Made by a program: the position numbers and the translations under genes. From assembly GCF_001194135.2 (NCBI RefSeq), contig NC_068986.1, forward strand, positions 11,194,455 to 11,258,454: a DNA stretch of 64,000 bases, written 5' to 3'. Source of the DNA: Octopus bimaculoides (taxonomy: Eukaryota). The notes beneath the pieces are model-generated. The model had not been told where the DNA came from. It saw only the letters and a list, made by a program, of their open reading frames with translations, and did no database searches. This document shows, in pieces, positions 40,084-52,645 of the stretch. Numbering within the stretch: position 1 is the first letter of the stretch; every line of letters begins with the position of its first letter.

Positions 40084-41732
40084 AGTACTGATTCTTCTTT
40101 AGTTACCCTACCCCTCTCCCAAGGATTCCCTTTTTCCCCCTCTACTTTTGTCCTCACCACCACCAGCACTCTATCCACTTTGAACCTTTCATTGTCGTCG
40201 TTTAACGTCCACTTTCCTTGCTGGCATGGGTTGGACGGTTTGACTGAGAACTGGTGAGCCAGATGGCTGCACCAGGCTCAATCTGATCTGGCAAAAATGC
40301 CCTTCCTAATGCCAACCACTCAGAGAGTGTAGTGAGTGCTTTTACTATGCCACCGGCACGAGGGCCAATCAGGTAGTTCTGGCAACGACCATGCTCAAAA
40401 GGTGTTTTTTACGTGCTACCTGCATGGGAGCCAGTCAGGTGGCACTGGCAACGACCACGCTCGAATGTTGTTTTTTCATATTTGTAAACACTGCAATGAA
40501 ATACATCTTTAGCCATATTCTTTGGATGAGGGTGGAATCCTTAGAACTTGTCTTACTTCATAGGCCCAGGACATCATGGTTTTTTATTATGTATAAACAT
40601 AGTTACAGCACAAGTCGTGATTCTCTTGAAATAGTTGTCAGCATAAGACATAACTCCTTTCTTTATTCTGTATCTTGTGAATATAAGCATTAAGCCTACT
40701 TAGGTTTATCTGCCTTTCTACTTCTATAGAGGCAGAAAGGGTGTGATTTGAGGGAGATTTGGTTGCTATTTCTGTTCTGACAGTGGAAGTTGGCTGTGTT
40801 TAAAGTTGGGATGTAAGGCTTCCCAGATGAAACAGGATTAAGATAACTGGCAACCTACCATACTCTACACTTATCTGACTCATGCCAACATGTAAAACTG
40901 GTTTTAAATGGTAAGATGCAGGATTACACACAGACACGTGGAGAATCAACTTGATCATTAAAAGTTAAGAAAACTGGCAGAATTATTATTAAGAAGATGT
41001 AGTGGCAGAATCAGTAGCATACTGGGCAAAACTGCTTATTGACATTTCATACGTTCTGGGTTCAAACCTCACCAAGGTCAACTTTGCCATTTATCCATTT
41101 GGGGTTGATGAAATAAGTACCAGTTACGCACTGGGGTCAATGTAATTATCTAGCCCCTTCCCACAAATTTCAGACCTTGTGCCTACAGAAGAAAGGACTA
41201 TTATTAATATTATGAAGGTGGTGAGCTGGCCAAAATCCTCAGCAGATTTCTTCAGGTTATGTTTCGAGCTCAAATACAGACATGGTTAGCTCTACCTTTC
41301 ATTCTTTTAGGCGCCAATAAATTAAGTACGAGTTGGACACCGGATTCAATATAATCGACTTAGCCATGCTCCTGAAATTGCCGGCCTTGTGCCAAAATGC
41401 GAAATTAATATTATTATTATTATTAGCACTTCTATGCAAACGAAGACAGAGTTATTCTTTTCTGCTGATAACAATATTTGTTAAATTTCTCCAGGTCTTT
41501 CAACTGCAATCTGACCTCGTCAGATAAAAATATCTCAATCTTTATTGAAAATAAAAATATAGAGACATAGCAAGTGAAGGTTTTTATTTTTTTAAACTCT
41601 TTCAAACAAACAATCATGGTTTATTAATGTTTGTGCATGTTTAATCTGACCTTTGACCTACTTGCTGAGCTATTTTGATTCAGGTGAATAAATGGTTATC
41701 TTTGCATTTCAATCTAAGCTCTACCACAGTTA

Positions 41733-41790
<58 letters not shown>

Positions 41791-43201
41791 TATACATACA
41801 TACAAATATATGGTTCAAAATGATACACAAAACAAAAGACAAGTGAGGGATTATCAAATAGGGTGCATTAGTTGGATGCACAGCAAAAAATAGAAGTTTT
41901 TGATCTTCTGAACCGATGCTCTCCTACAGAAAGGAATGAGGTAAAATATACCATGTCCGGATTAAACACAAATTACATCAATACATTAGGAGGTACAGAA
42001 GGTGATGGCGGGAGTTGCATCATACGAGATCATTTGAAATGGGAGACGTTGGACTAAACATTCGAGTCAGACAGAGTTATCTCCCTGTCACTAAAAATAC
42101 AATCGGTGTTAAGCAAGCCTCACTGAGACGCAGCTTTTTGTAGCTTGGTGCCTCCTTTCATCAAATGCTGTTTGATTAGAATAATCAAACAAGTTAATAC
42201 TGTAATGGTTATTATCCATATTTTCGTATTTTATCTTATCCAGCATCTGCCCCTTTTCACATCTTGGTGTGAATTAGTGCTCTTTCTTATTTTTAATTTT
42301 TCAAGAAATTATGGGAATATTGCCTTTAACACCCATTTTTCCATGCTTTTTTGGGTTGCCTGAAATTTGCAGAGGTAGATATTCTACAGTCAGACCCTCA
42401 CCTGTTTCCGTGTAAGGTAATATCTTCTCTGCAGGCAGACATATTTTTATGGAAGATAGGAAACAAATGACCCTACTTGTACGATTGTGACACTCGCTTA
42501 CAACTATCACGTGACAAGGGGGACACGTAAACATAAAACACACAAATCTGACCCACGCGAGCGTAGAAAAGTGGTTGTTGAAACGACAACGATTCTATAC
42601 ACACACATAAAGTGCACTCAGTCCACTCTGTGGAGTGGTTGGCGTTAGGAAGGGCATCCAGCCGTAAAAACCATGCCAAAACAGACACAGAAGTCTGGTG
42701 CACCTCTCTGGCATACCAGTTCTAGTCAAACTGTCCAACCCATGCCAGCATAGAAAGCGGACGTTAAATGACGATGATGACATGCACGTGTACAGGCTTC
42801 TTTCAGCTTCTGTCTTCTGGCTCCACTCACAAGGCTTTCTATGTCCGGGGCCATAGTTGAGGAGACTTGCCCAAGGTGCTGCACAGTGGAACCGAACTCT
42901 AGATCTCATGTTTGAGAAGCAAACTTCTGAACCTTACAACCATGTCTGCACCGAAAATGCAACAAAATCATCTCGGATCTTGGCATGGCCTCCTTTGGGT
43001 TTCTGCCCCCTCTCTTAACACAGTGTTTAACTTATATTCTAATTCCAACAAAGATTTTTTCAAAACTGTGTTTGAAATATAAATACAAAATAAAAACCTG
43101 GATTATTTTATTTCTAAGTAAGATCATGACTTGTCTGAACACCCAGTAATTGCTTGAGATTTCCTGCTTTTTGTGAGCTGACAATGCCACCAAAAGGTTA
43201 A

Positions 43202-43423
43202 CCCTTTTGTTACCAACTCGGCTGAAACCGGTTCTGGCTCTAAGTACAAATGTCTTGTTTTCATAAGTTTTGAACTAAAATCTTCCTCCAAACCTTAAGT
43301 CACAATTTATGTTCCTAACACTAGCTGAATGGTAACTAAGTTATTTTACTAAATTCTTTGTTATATTTAAAATTAATTGAAAGAAACACAGAACATCTCA
43401 ACAGAAATATGGTAAGAAAAGGG
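43202..43423 (+). mobile_element. piggyBac-type MITE (222 bp)
   Basis: TTAA|CCCTTT ... AAAGGG|TTAA termini. Confidence 0.8.
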
Positions 43424-43455
43424 TTAAATATATATAATAGAGAAACAATTCTTAA

Positions 43456-43676
43456 CCCTTTTGATACCAACCCGGCTGAAACCAGCTCTGGCTCTAAGTA
43501 CAAAATGTCTTGTTTTCATAAGTTTTGAATTAAAATCTTCCACCAAACCTTAGTCAGAATTTATGTTCCTAACACTAGCTGAATGATAACTAAGTTATTT
43601 TACTAAATTCTTTGTTATATTTAAAGTAATTGAAAGAAACACAGAGCATCTCAAAATAAATACAGTAATGAAAGAG
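43456..43676 (+). mobile_element. piggyBac-type MITE, second copy in direct tandem
   Basis: TTAA|CCCTTT ... AAAGAG|TTAA termini; highly similar to 43202-43423. Confidence 0.8.
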
Positions 43677-44452
43677 TTAAGGGCCACTGGTCAAACCAAA
43701 ATAATATAGTTTAAAAAACGCCCCGAAACTGGATCTCTGTGGGTTACAACAAGAGTTCCAGTTGATTCGGTCAACGGAACATATTGCTTGTGAAATCAAC
43801 GTGGTTCTCATGGAGATTCAGCATGACACAGAATATGACAAGGCTGGGCCCTTTGAAATACAGGTACAACTCATTTTGGCCAGCTGAGTGGACTGGAGCA
43901 ACATGAAAGAGTGTCTCGCTCAAGGACACAATGCACTGCCAGGAATTGAACTCATGGCCTTATGATTGTGAATTGAATATTTTAACCACTAAATCAAGTG
44001 CCTTCACTAATATGGTTAACCTGTAAAGAGAAACTGAGTACTTAATCTGGTGGATGTGGACATGGATATACTCAGAATATGGAGAGGAAAATTGGTTTGT
44101 TGAAGCAGCTGACATCTCATCATTGCAATATTTGTTTTCCTTCATTCCAGCATTATACTTCTAATGAACAAAGCACTTTGCTGCTTCTTTACCCTAGATT
44201 AAGAAGGATTGCGTTATTCAATACATCTCTCCTTCTTAAGATAGTAAAGTATAATCTGAGGGAGACTTAACTGCCATTTCTAGCTGGTTGTGAAACCATG
44301 CAGAGTCTTCACCCTGGGCTTATTCTGGTTGCATTCAAAGACATGAAATTGCAAGGAAATGCCTTGAGATTAGATATTATCAGCTAGGTGTACAACTGAA
44401 ACTAAGACCCAGTCACCAATGAGACCATACCACCAATAATAATAACAATAAT

Positions 44453-45026
44453 AAAGCTATGCCAACACTATGGAATAACAACAGAAAAAAGATGGTATAA
44501 ACACGCCAGAAAAGGTCACAGAAAACGAGAAAGCAACCATACTCTGGGATATGCCAATACACACAGATTGAGAAATTAAGGCAAATAGACCAGATATAGT
44601 TGTCAAAGATCATGAAGAAAAAAATGCTTTCTAATTGATGTATCAATACCAGCAGATGACAACGTCTCTCTAAAAGAAATGGAAAAACTTTCAAAATACA
44701 AAGACCTGGAAATAGAGGTAACTCGAATGTGGAATCTAAAAACAGAAACAATTCCTATTATAGTAGGTGCCTTAGGTATAATAAAAAATTATTCAGACAA
44801 ATACATAACAAAAACACCAGGACTTACAAATATATATATAACATACAGAAAATTGCACTACTGGGCACAGCACACATCCTACGCAAAACACTTTCAATAC
44901 AGTAACCATAAGAGCACCTCAGCAAACCACAGCACATACCCAAGGCGCACAGAGCTGCACTCGGTAGTGAAGTGAAAGCATGTTATAAAAATAAAACTAC
45001 TGAACAATAATGATAATAATAATAAT
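44453..45026 (+). mobile_element. R4/Dong-like non-LTR element, RLE endonuclease 3' end
   Basis: TILWDMPIHTD.EIKANRPDIVV...FLIDVSIP...EKLSKYKDLEIE...PIIVGALG (PD-(D/E)xK RLE); (AAT)n-like runs on both flanks. Confidence 0.85.
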
Positions 45027-45960
45027 CCTTTCTACTAAAGACACAAGGCCTGAATTTTTTTTTTTTGGCGGGGGAACTAGTCGATTACATCAACCCCGTG
45101 TTTCACTGGTACATATCTTATCGACCCTGAAAGGATGAAAGGCAAAGTTGATCTTGGCAAAATTTGAACTCAGAATGTTAAGACAGATGGAATGCCATGA
45201 AGCATTTTGCCTGGCATGCTAATGATTCTGCCAGTTCTCTGCCTTACCGATAATAATAATCGTGATGATGATTTCAATTGACCTTATTGATCTTTGAAGA
45301 ATAAGGGGTTAATTTTGTGTCAGCAAAATTTTGAATTGAAAACATAAATATCAGAAGCTAATCTGGCCATTCCCTCTATTTACTATAATAAAGAAAGCTG
45401 CTTATTAATTTGTATGGAATAACTTTTACTAAAAGTAAGCAATTGTTAAAGTCTACATTGTCTAGAAAATTCTTATAAATTCCAATTTTAATATACTTTT
45501 ATCAGAATTGGTTTTCAAATTTTTGTTATTGAAGATTTCAATTTCATGATTTAATCACAAAACTAATTTTTATTTACTGCGACATAGTCGTCTTATACTG
45601 TGAGACAGTGTTCTTAATGTCTCTGTTTTATTTCTTCTGGAAATATAAAGATTGCCCAAATATTTTCAACTCTATTTTCTACAGACATATCATTAAAAAC
45701 ATTTCTCCAGCATCAGCTGAAGGATGTTGACTCCAGTATCCTTTCATATTTGTTGGACGTTTTTAAAGAAATAGAAAGCAGAAGAAGAAAATGCTAATTC
45801 TACCAAATATAAATTTGTCTATTTGATGGAGAACAACTATACCGAATCCTTCTACCATTCTGCATAATTTAGTCAATCCTTAGGCGCTAGAGCTATTCAT
45901 TATTAAGAAGAATTTTAAGAAGTCAGTACCCTCGATTGGTGAATGGCAGCAGATATTTAC

Positions 45961-46030
45961 CTTCAAGAATGCCCTCTAGGTCATGAATAGCAGATATTAA
46001 AACATGGAACTGTTTGCGTCTTAAGTCCAA
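45961..46030 (-). CDS. THOC7: THOC7 exon (70 nt; LDLRRKQFHVLISAIHDLEGILE)
   Basis: Matches THOC7 LELRRKQFHVLLSTIHELQQTLE. Acceptor CTGCTTTCAG and donor G|GTAAAT. Confidence 0.97.
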
Positions 46031-46572
46031 CTGAAAGCAGATAAAAGTAAAAAGTGAAACGTAATAAAGAAAATAAATCATGAAGAGCCATTATCTTCTT
46101 ACTTTTTAAATGGTTCACATTTCAGAAGGTACTGCAGAGAGATTGATAATGTAAGAAGGTACTTCAGAAAGAATAACAGTGTAAAGGTAAGTGCACAGAG
46201 ATTGGTAATGTAGAGACTGTACCAAGTGAGTGAAGCAGTGAGTGAGCCTCTTGAGTTCAGTATCTCTGTTGAGATTACATCCATGTTGTTTGCTGCTGTC
46301 TCCTCTATGTACAGAGGAAGACAACTTGGATTCAACACTGAAACTTAATTTTTGGTGGGGTGGGGGAGTCAATTAGATTGATCCCAGTACGCAATTGGTA
46401 CTTAATTTATCGACCCCGAAAAGACGAAAGGCAAAGTTAACCTCCGGCGGAATTAACATATGTTGATTCTACAATTAATTTCCTGGGCAGCAATTCAATG
46501 TCTTGGCCGCAAAGATTGCAAGAACACAACTATTGACGACTCTGCTGATTTTCGTACCTGTCTTATTAACTA

Positions 46573-47527
46573 TACAAGGTCTGATAAAAAAAAAAAAAAG
46601 TATTGGAACTGTTACCATGGTTTTTGGCATCCTTTCGTCTCGGGAGACAATGGAGTTGTGCATAAACTAATCCAGTCTGGTTTTTACATTTCATGTCCTC
46701 TCCAGTTTTGCGCAGGCCTGGGCTAGATGTATGAAAATCCTGGATAGCCCAATCATCATGCTGACGTAGTCCAAAGGAGTGCAGAGCATTGCGTTTGGCA
46801 CCAGCTTGGTTGCAGGAGCTGCTGGAAGAGTGTCAAGTCGAACACTAAACCGCCTACGGGGCTCCACTGCGGATTTCTTTGAAGGTTGTCTCCTTTCTGT
46901 AACCCTGGATAGGGGCCCATATCGGATACTGTCAGCCGGAGCCAGCTGAGCCCGGGACTCGTAGTGAAGTAGTGAAGAAAATCGCTACCCACTACCTTAC
47001 CATGGTAATGGAGCTAAAATAAGCAGTGAGGCTGCTTGGCACAGATGCACCTTGGACTCTGTTGTGCATGCGCACTGTTATAATGTTCTTCTCACTCACT
47101 TTTATTGTTTGTAGCAGTGCTTGGAAGTAAAGTGTGTAGAGTGTGGTCATCTCAAAAAGAAAAAAAGGATTCAGCTGTGCAGGATCTCCTTGTGTCAAGG
47201 AAGAGGGAAACTTTTTGAAAAGGGTCATAGCCGGTGACCATTTTCTCGGTCTATGGCCATGACTGAGAAACCAAGGCTCAGTCTTTGCAGTAGAAGACCC
47301 TAACTAGATTTTAAGACATCAAAGAAACTCAAGAGAATGTGACAAGGGAGCTGCTCACTATCCCTTAAAAGGAGTTTCAGAAATGCTTCCATCAATCGAA
47401 ATGACATTGGATAAAATGTGTGGCTTCAGAAGGGGTCTACTTCGAAGGAGATTAAATGTCGAATTTCTATGCGTTATAGTTTTCTTTTTCTAGCCCTAGT
47501 CCTGATACTTTTTGATCAGGCCTTGTA
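46573..47527 (+). mobile_element. Internally deleted mariner with both TIRs, interrupted by a 375-bp insert
   Basis: TIRs TACAAGGTCTGAT..AAAAAGTATT and GATACTTTTTGATCAGGCCTTGTA, with TA on both sides. The 3' part encodes KEFQKCF...HWIKCVASEGVYFEGD-stop, a mariner C-terminus. Confidence 0.85.
46622..46996 (-). mobile_element. RTE-derived non-autonomous retroposon with 10-bp TSD
   Basis: TSD TTACCATGGT at 46612-46621 and 46997-47006. The 3' end encodes SIVSRDERMP (RTE ORF terminus-like) followed by a short A tail. Confidence 0.65.
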
Positions 47528-48238
47528 TAACGAATCTCCTGTGTACAGGTGATTCATTATTCATTAAGACTAATGAAGCATTCCAGCTGAAATGGAACCA
47601 GACTTGAAAAGTGGAGCCTTTCAGATTGCTTGAAATTTTTTCTAACAGAAATCGTTTGTGTATGTGGATTTCAATCTTGGGCCTTAATAATTAATAATTC
47701 TGAATTTTGGTAGTATAGTACATGTATGTATCTACATTTGGAATGTTATTCTCTGAAATATCTGAACCTGTTTTGCATGGAGACAAAATCCTCAAAAACC
47801 TTACATTTCAAAATTATTTTTCTCACTTTCTCCTGGAAAACAAATTGAACATCCAGAATCTTTCATTATTATTTAATTGTAATGTGTTCTTGGAGTAGAT
47901 TGCATGAATGACATTTCAGAAGTAGAAAATGTCTCATTCTTGAGACAGTAGAGGTTAAATGTGGTGCCAAATTTAATGAAATCTTCCAATTCAGCTCAGG
48001 CCCCTAATTTGAATGCCCCAAAAATCAGAATCATACACAGTTGTAGAATTTACAAATCAAAGTGTTTTGTACCATAAAAGATCCAACCAATTTGATTTTT
48101 TTTTTTGTTTGCTTACTAAATAGAATTGAAGAAGATAATTTACAGAATTAAAATGTAATTTTATAGATTACACACTGGTTTGCACCATGGAATCAAAATG
48201 GTAAATAACTTACTAATGGAAAAGATAGCTTTACTTAC

Positions 48239-48305
48239 TTTCTCTTGTATTTGATTCTTGTGATTTTTCAATTTCACCAGCTCTTTATCCAACTCTTGTA
48301 GCTGT
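48239..48305 (-). CDS. THOC7: THOC7 exon (67 nt; KQLQELDKELVKLKNHKNQIQEK)
   Basis: Coiled-coil segment aligning to KELEALGKELEHLSHIKESVEDK. Acceptor TTTTACAG and donor GTAAGT; in frame. Confidence 0.92.
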
Positions 48306-51268
48306 CTGTAAAATTAAAATTATATATCATCATTTTATATATATATATAGCAATAAGAAAGTGGAGAGGATTAATAGGTGGTATTCAATAACTTATAGAC
48401 ATTATATTATGTCAATTTATTTATTTACTAAAAGGACAATTATAACAATTTACAAACACATACGACATATTATGCCTTACACACATATATATATAGTTAC
48501 TGTTGTATCTTGAGAGGGTCATTATGCTAATAATAAACACACACACACTGGTTCTATTTCACTTCTTTATTTGTCAATTGGTTAACCATTTAACCAATTA
48601 ATTAATCATCTGTTTGATTAATTGTTCAATCAATCATTCAATCAGTTAGATTTGTCAAAGACCTTTTCTTGTCATCTGCAACCTCATCAATGACTGTGCG
48701 GTTCAGAAGTCTGATTACCAATCATGTGGTTTCGGGTTCAGTTCCATTGCATGGTACCTTGGGCAACTGTCTTCTATTATAATCCAGAGCCAACCACACA
48801 CACACATGCAAGAGTAAAATGATTAAATATATTAAAAAAGTCATGGGCAACTGAAGGCCTGTGGGACTTCCTGAAAGGCATTTCCATATGAAAAATTCCT
48901 TGAAATTTTTTAGTAGTGAAGCCTGCTTGATGTTAAACCATGTCTCAAGTGTCCCACTTCTTGAAAAAAGTTGCCCATATACTTATAGTATTGATATTAG
49001 GTACAAGAGATGATGTGCCTTTATACATGTAACTATTAGGTGCAAGAGATGAGCAGCGTCCAGTTTTGAATTGCAGTTGAGTTATCCCCCCTATCTAACT
49101 CTTCCTAGCTTGTATGGTTTAATAGCCAGGAGAGGGATGCAATTTGCCAGGCAGACTTGCTCTTAGTATATATTAAGATAAATCTTTTGATGGTGACATA
49201 CCAAACACAAAAAGATTACAGGGATTATTTGGTAATGAACAGGCAGCAGGTAGCTATTTTGTATTTCATCAACGACAGTACAATGTCTCCGAATGAGTCT
49301 AACTAGACAGGAAAATATGTACAACAGATTAACGAGTTCCAGTATACTGTTAGTTCTATTAAGGGCATTACGCTACATAAATGCCTCATCACAAGCGTTG
49401 TCTAGATCCAAATCCTTCTGTAGCTATTTAAGGGGAGATTGCTTAACACTAAACGAACAAAATAAAAATTACTTGCCTTACGAGTGGATTTGGTAGATGG
49501 AAACTGAAAGAAGCCCATCATATATATATATGTGTGCGTGTGTGTGTGTGTGTTTGTGTTTGCTCCCCACCATTGCTTGACAACCGATGTTGGTGTGTTT
49601 ATGTCCCTGTGACTTAGCAGTTCGGCAAAAGAAATCAATAGGATAAGTACTAGGCTAACAAAAAGAATAAGTCCTGGGCTCGATTTGTTCGACTAAAGGT
49701 GGTGCTCCAGCATGGCCGCAGTCAAAATGACTGAAACGAATACAAGCATAATGCCATAATTCTGTACAAGATCTGAGGTCATATGTACAGTGAAGAGCAA
49801 TACTTCCCTGTGAATGGATTTGGTAGAGAAACTGAAAAAAGTCTGTTGGATGGCTATGGATATATATATATATATATATGGCACATAAAAAGTACCATTC
49901 GAGCGTGATCGTTACCAGTGTCGCCTTACAGGCACTTGTGCCGGTGGTATGTGGAAAACACCATTTGAGTGTGGCTGTTGCTAGTACCGCTTGACTGCCC
50001 CTCGTGCCGGTGGCATGTAAAAGCACGCACTATACTCTTGGAGTAGTTGGCGTTAGGAAGGGCATCCAGCTGTAGAAACTCTGCCAGATCAGATTGGAGC
50101 CTGGTGCAGCCATCTGGCTCACTAGTCCCCAGTCAAACCGTCCAACCCATGCCAGCATGGAAAGCGGATGTTAAATGATGATGATGATATATTAAATAAT
50201 GAGGGTAGAAATTGATATTAATCAATTAAAACCAGTGGCNNNNNNNNNNAGGAAGGGCATCCAGCTGTAGAAACTCTGCCAGATCAGATTGGAGCCTGGT
50301 GCAGCCATCTGGCTCACTAGTCCCCAGTCAAACCGTCCAACCCATGCCAGCATGGAAAGCGGATGTTAAATGATGATGATGATATATTAAATAATGAGGG
50401 TAGAAATTGATATTAATCAATTAAAACCAGTGGCTTAGCATATTGAAAAAATCCGAAGATTAAAAATTATATTACCTACAAAATGTATATGTATATATGC
50501 ATATATATACATATACACATATGCATATAGCGGTACATCATTTGCACGCTGTGGAGAATATATCGCCAACATTGCCCAAACGACTTGAACATTAGCTTCA
50601 AGGTTCATCCAAGGCTGGGACCATGGGCCATATGCCCCCTGCTCAATTCAGGATCACAACATACAGGTACACTGCGACACAATTTCTTTTGCCATATGAA
50701 AGGCAGTTGGTACACTCTGTAAAGTAGTTGGTATTAGGAAGGGCATCTGACCATAGAAGCCATGCCAAAACAGACAACTGGAGCCTGGTGCAGACTCCCG
50801 GCCTAACCAGCTCCACTCAAACCGTCCAACCCATGCCAGCATGGAAAGTGGATGGCGGATGTTAAATGAGGATTGTGATGACGTCGTTATTAATTTGGTG
50901 TTTGAAACATAAATTGACATAAAACCTTGATGGAACATTTCGGTTCCTTTGAAGCAGGAATGTATCAAAAGGGTTAAAAAGGACAACTGAATATGTTGGA
51001 ATTTGCAAGACTGCATACATAGCATATACAATATTTGTGTGCGTGTAAGGCGGGGGGAGCTGGCAGAAACGTTAGCACGCCGGGTGAAATACTTAGCAGT
51101 ATTTCGTTTGTCTTTACGTTCTGAGTTCAAATTCTGCCAAGGCCGACTTTGCCTTTCATCTTTTCAGGGTCAATAAATTAAGTACCAGTTGTGTACTGGG
51201 GGCGATCTAATCGACTGGCTTCCTCTCCAAAAATTTTGGGCCTTGTGCCGAGAGTAGAAAAAAATATT

Positions 51269-51320
<52 letters not shown>

Positions 51321-51456
51321 GATCATTACTGATGGGTAAATTTATTACGCACAGCAAATGGAATGTCACCTTGTCTAAGGGAAATAATTCTGTTGGCAAA
51401 GTTTTCTATCAATGAAGGACCCTTCTCTCATACTTTGACTCCTCTCTCTCTACAGC

Positions 51457-51518
<62 letters not shown>

Positions 51519-52291
51519 CAACAATAATAACAACACACACACACACATGATGGCCGTCACTGAGTTGGTTGAAGTATGTGAATGGTTAACTTCATCATAC
51601 ATCAATTTGGTGTTGATAGAATAACTGGCACGATGATGATGGTTCCAGTTGATCCGATCAACAGAACAGCCCACTCATGAAATTAATGGGCAAGTGGCTG
51701 AGCTCTCCACAGACATGCATATCCTTAACATAGTTCTCAGGGAAGATTCAGCATGAGAAAGGAACACAGGTTCAACTCACTTTTGCCAGCTGAGTGAACT
51801 GGAATGCTTGTAAAATAAAGCGTCTTGCTTAAGGACAAAATGTGCTATCGGGAATCAAACTCACAACCTGATGATTGTGAGTTGAACACTCTAACCGCTG
51901 AGGCACACACCTTCACATATTTAATGATACACACAGACACAAATATATATCTGCAATAATAAATGTATGTTGCTTTGGCTTTCTAAAAATCAACATATTT
52001 TCAATTAATTTTTACTGATTCATAGAAACACTTTCTAACCTTCACACCGTTAATGGCAATTTTCCAACAATGTTTTTTTCTCTGTGTATTTTTTCTTGCC
52101 TTTTGCCAAAAGACATTGATTTCTGAAAGCCTTTCCATTACTTTATTTAAAAAGGTAATGATTGGCTTAAAAATAGTAAAGTCCTTGACTAAAACAATTT
52201 ATGGTGTTTTCTGTACTTTTAGATGCCTCCAATATCAATAAACAAAAAACTAGTAATGTATTATGGTTGCCTCCTTCAAATATATTAAGAC

Positions 52292-52579
52292 CTTCTATAT
52301 CTAAGAGATGAGGAATTATGTACATTATTTACATTTGATGGATATTTATCCTCATCTTGTTTGTTGTTAATACAACGTTTTGGCTGATATACTCTCCAGC
52401 CTTCATCAGGTGTCTTGGGGAAATTTCAAACCTGGGTTCTCATTCCTAAGGTATTTTTCGATGTTGTTGTTATTATTATTATTATTATGGTCACTGCTTG
52501 GAATCGAACTCGGAATCTTGGGCTTAGTAGCCCGAGCTCTTCACCACTGTGCCATATGCTCACGGGCGCATGGCAGTGA

Positions 52580-52581
<2 letters not shown>
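52292..52581 (-). mobile_element. tRNA-headed element with (AAT)n and a Penelope-type hammerhead-like motif
   Basis: A box TGGCACAGTGG (52554-52544), B box GAGTTCGATTCC (52511-52500), (AAT)n, then GACAC-CTGATGA-A-GGCTG..CAGCC-AAAAC-GTT-GTATT. Confidence 0.65.

Positions 52582-52645
<64 letters not shown>

Noticed and set aside
50055-50434. Exact 185-bp direct duplication (50055-50239 and 50250-50434)
   Set aside because: The identical copies flank a 10-N gap, which is typical of unmerged overlapping contig ends; the same pattern occurs at 13437-13446.
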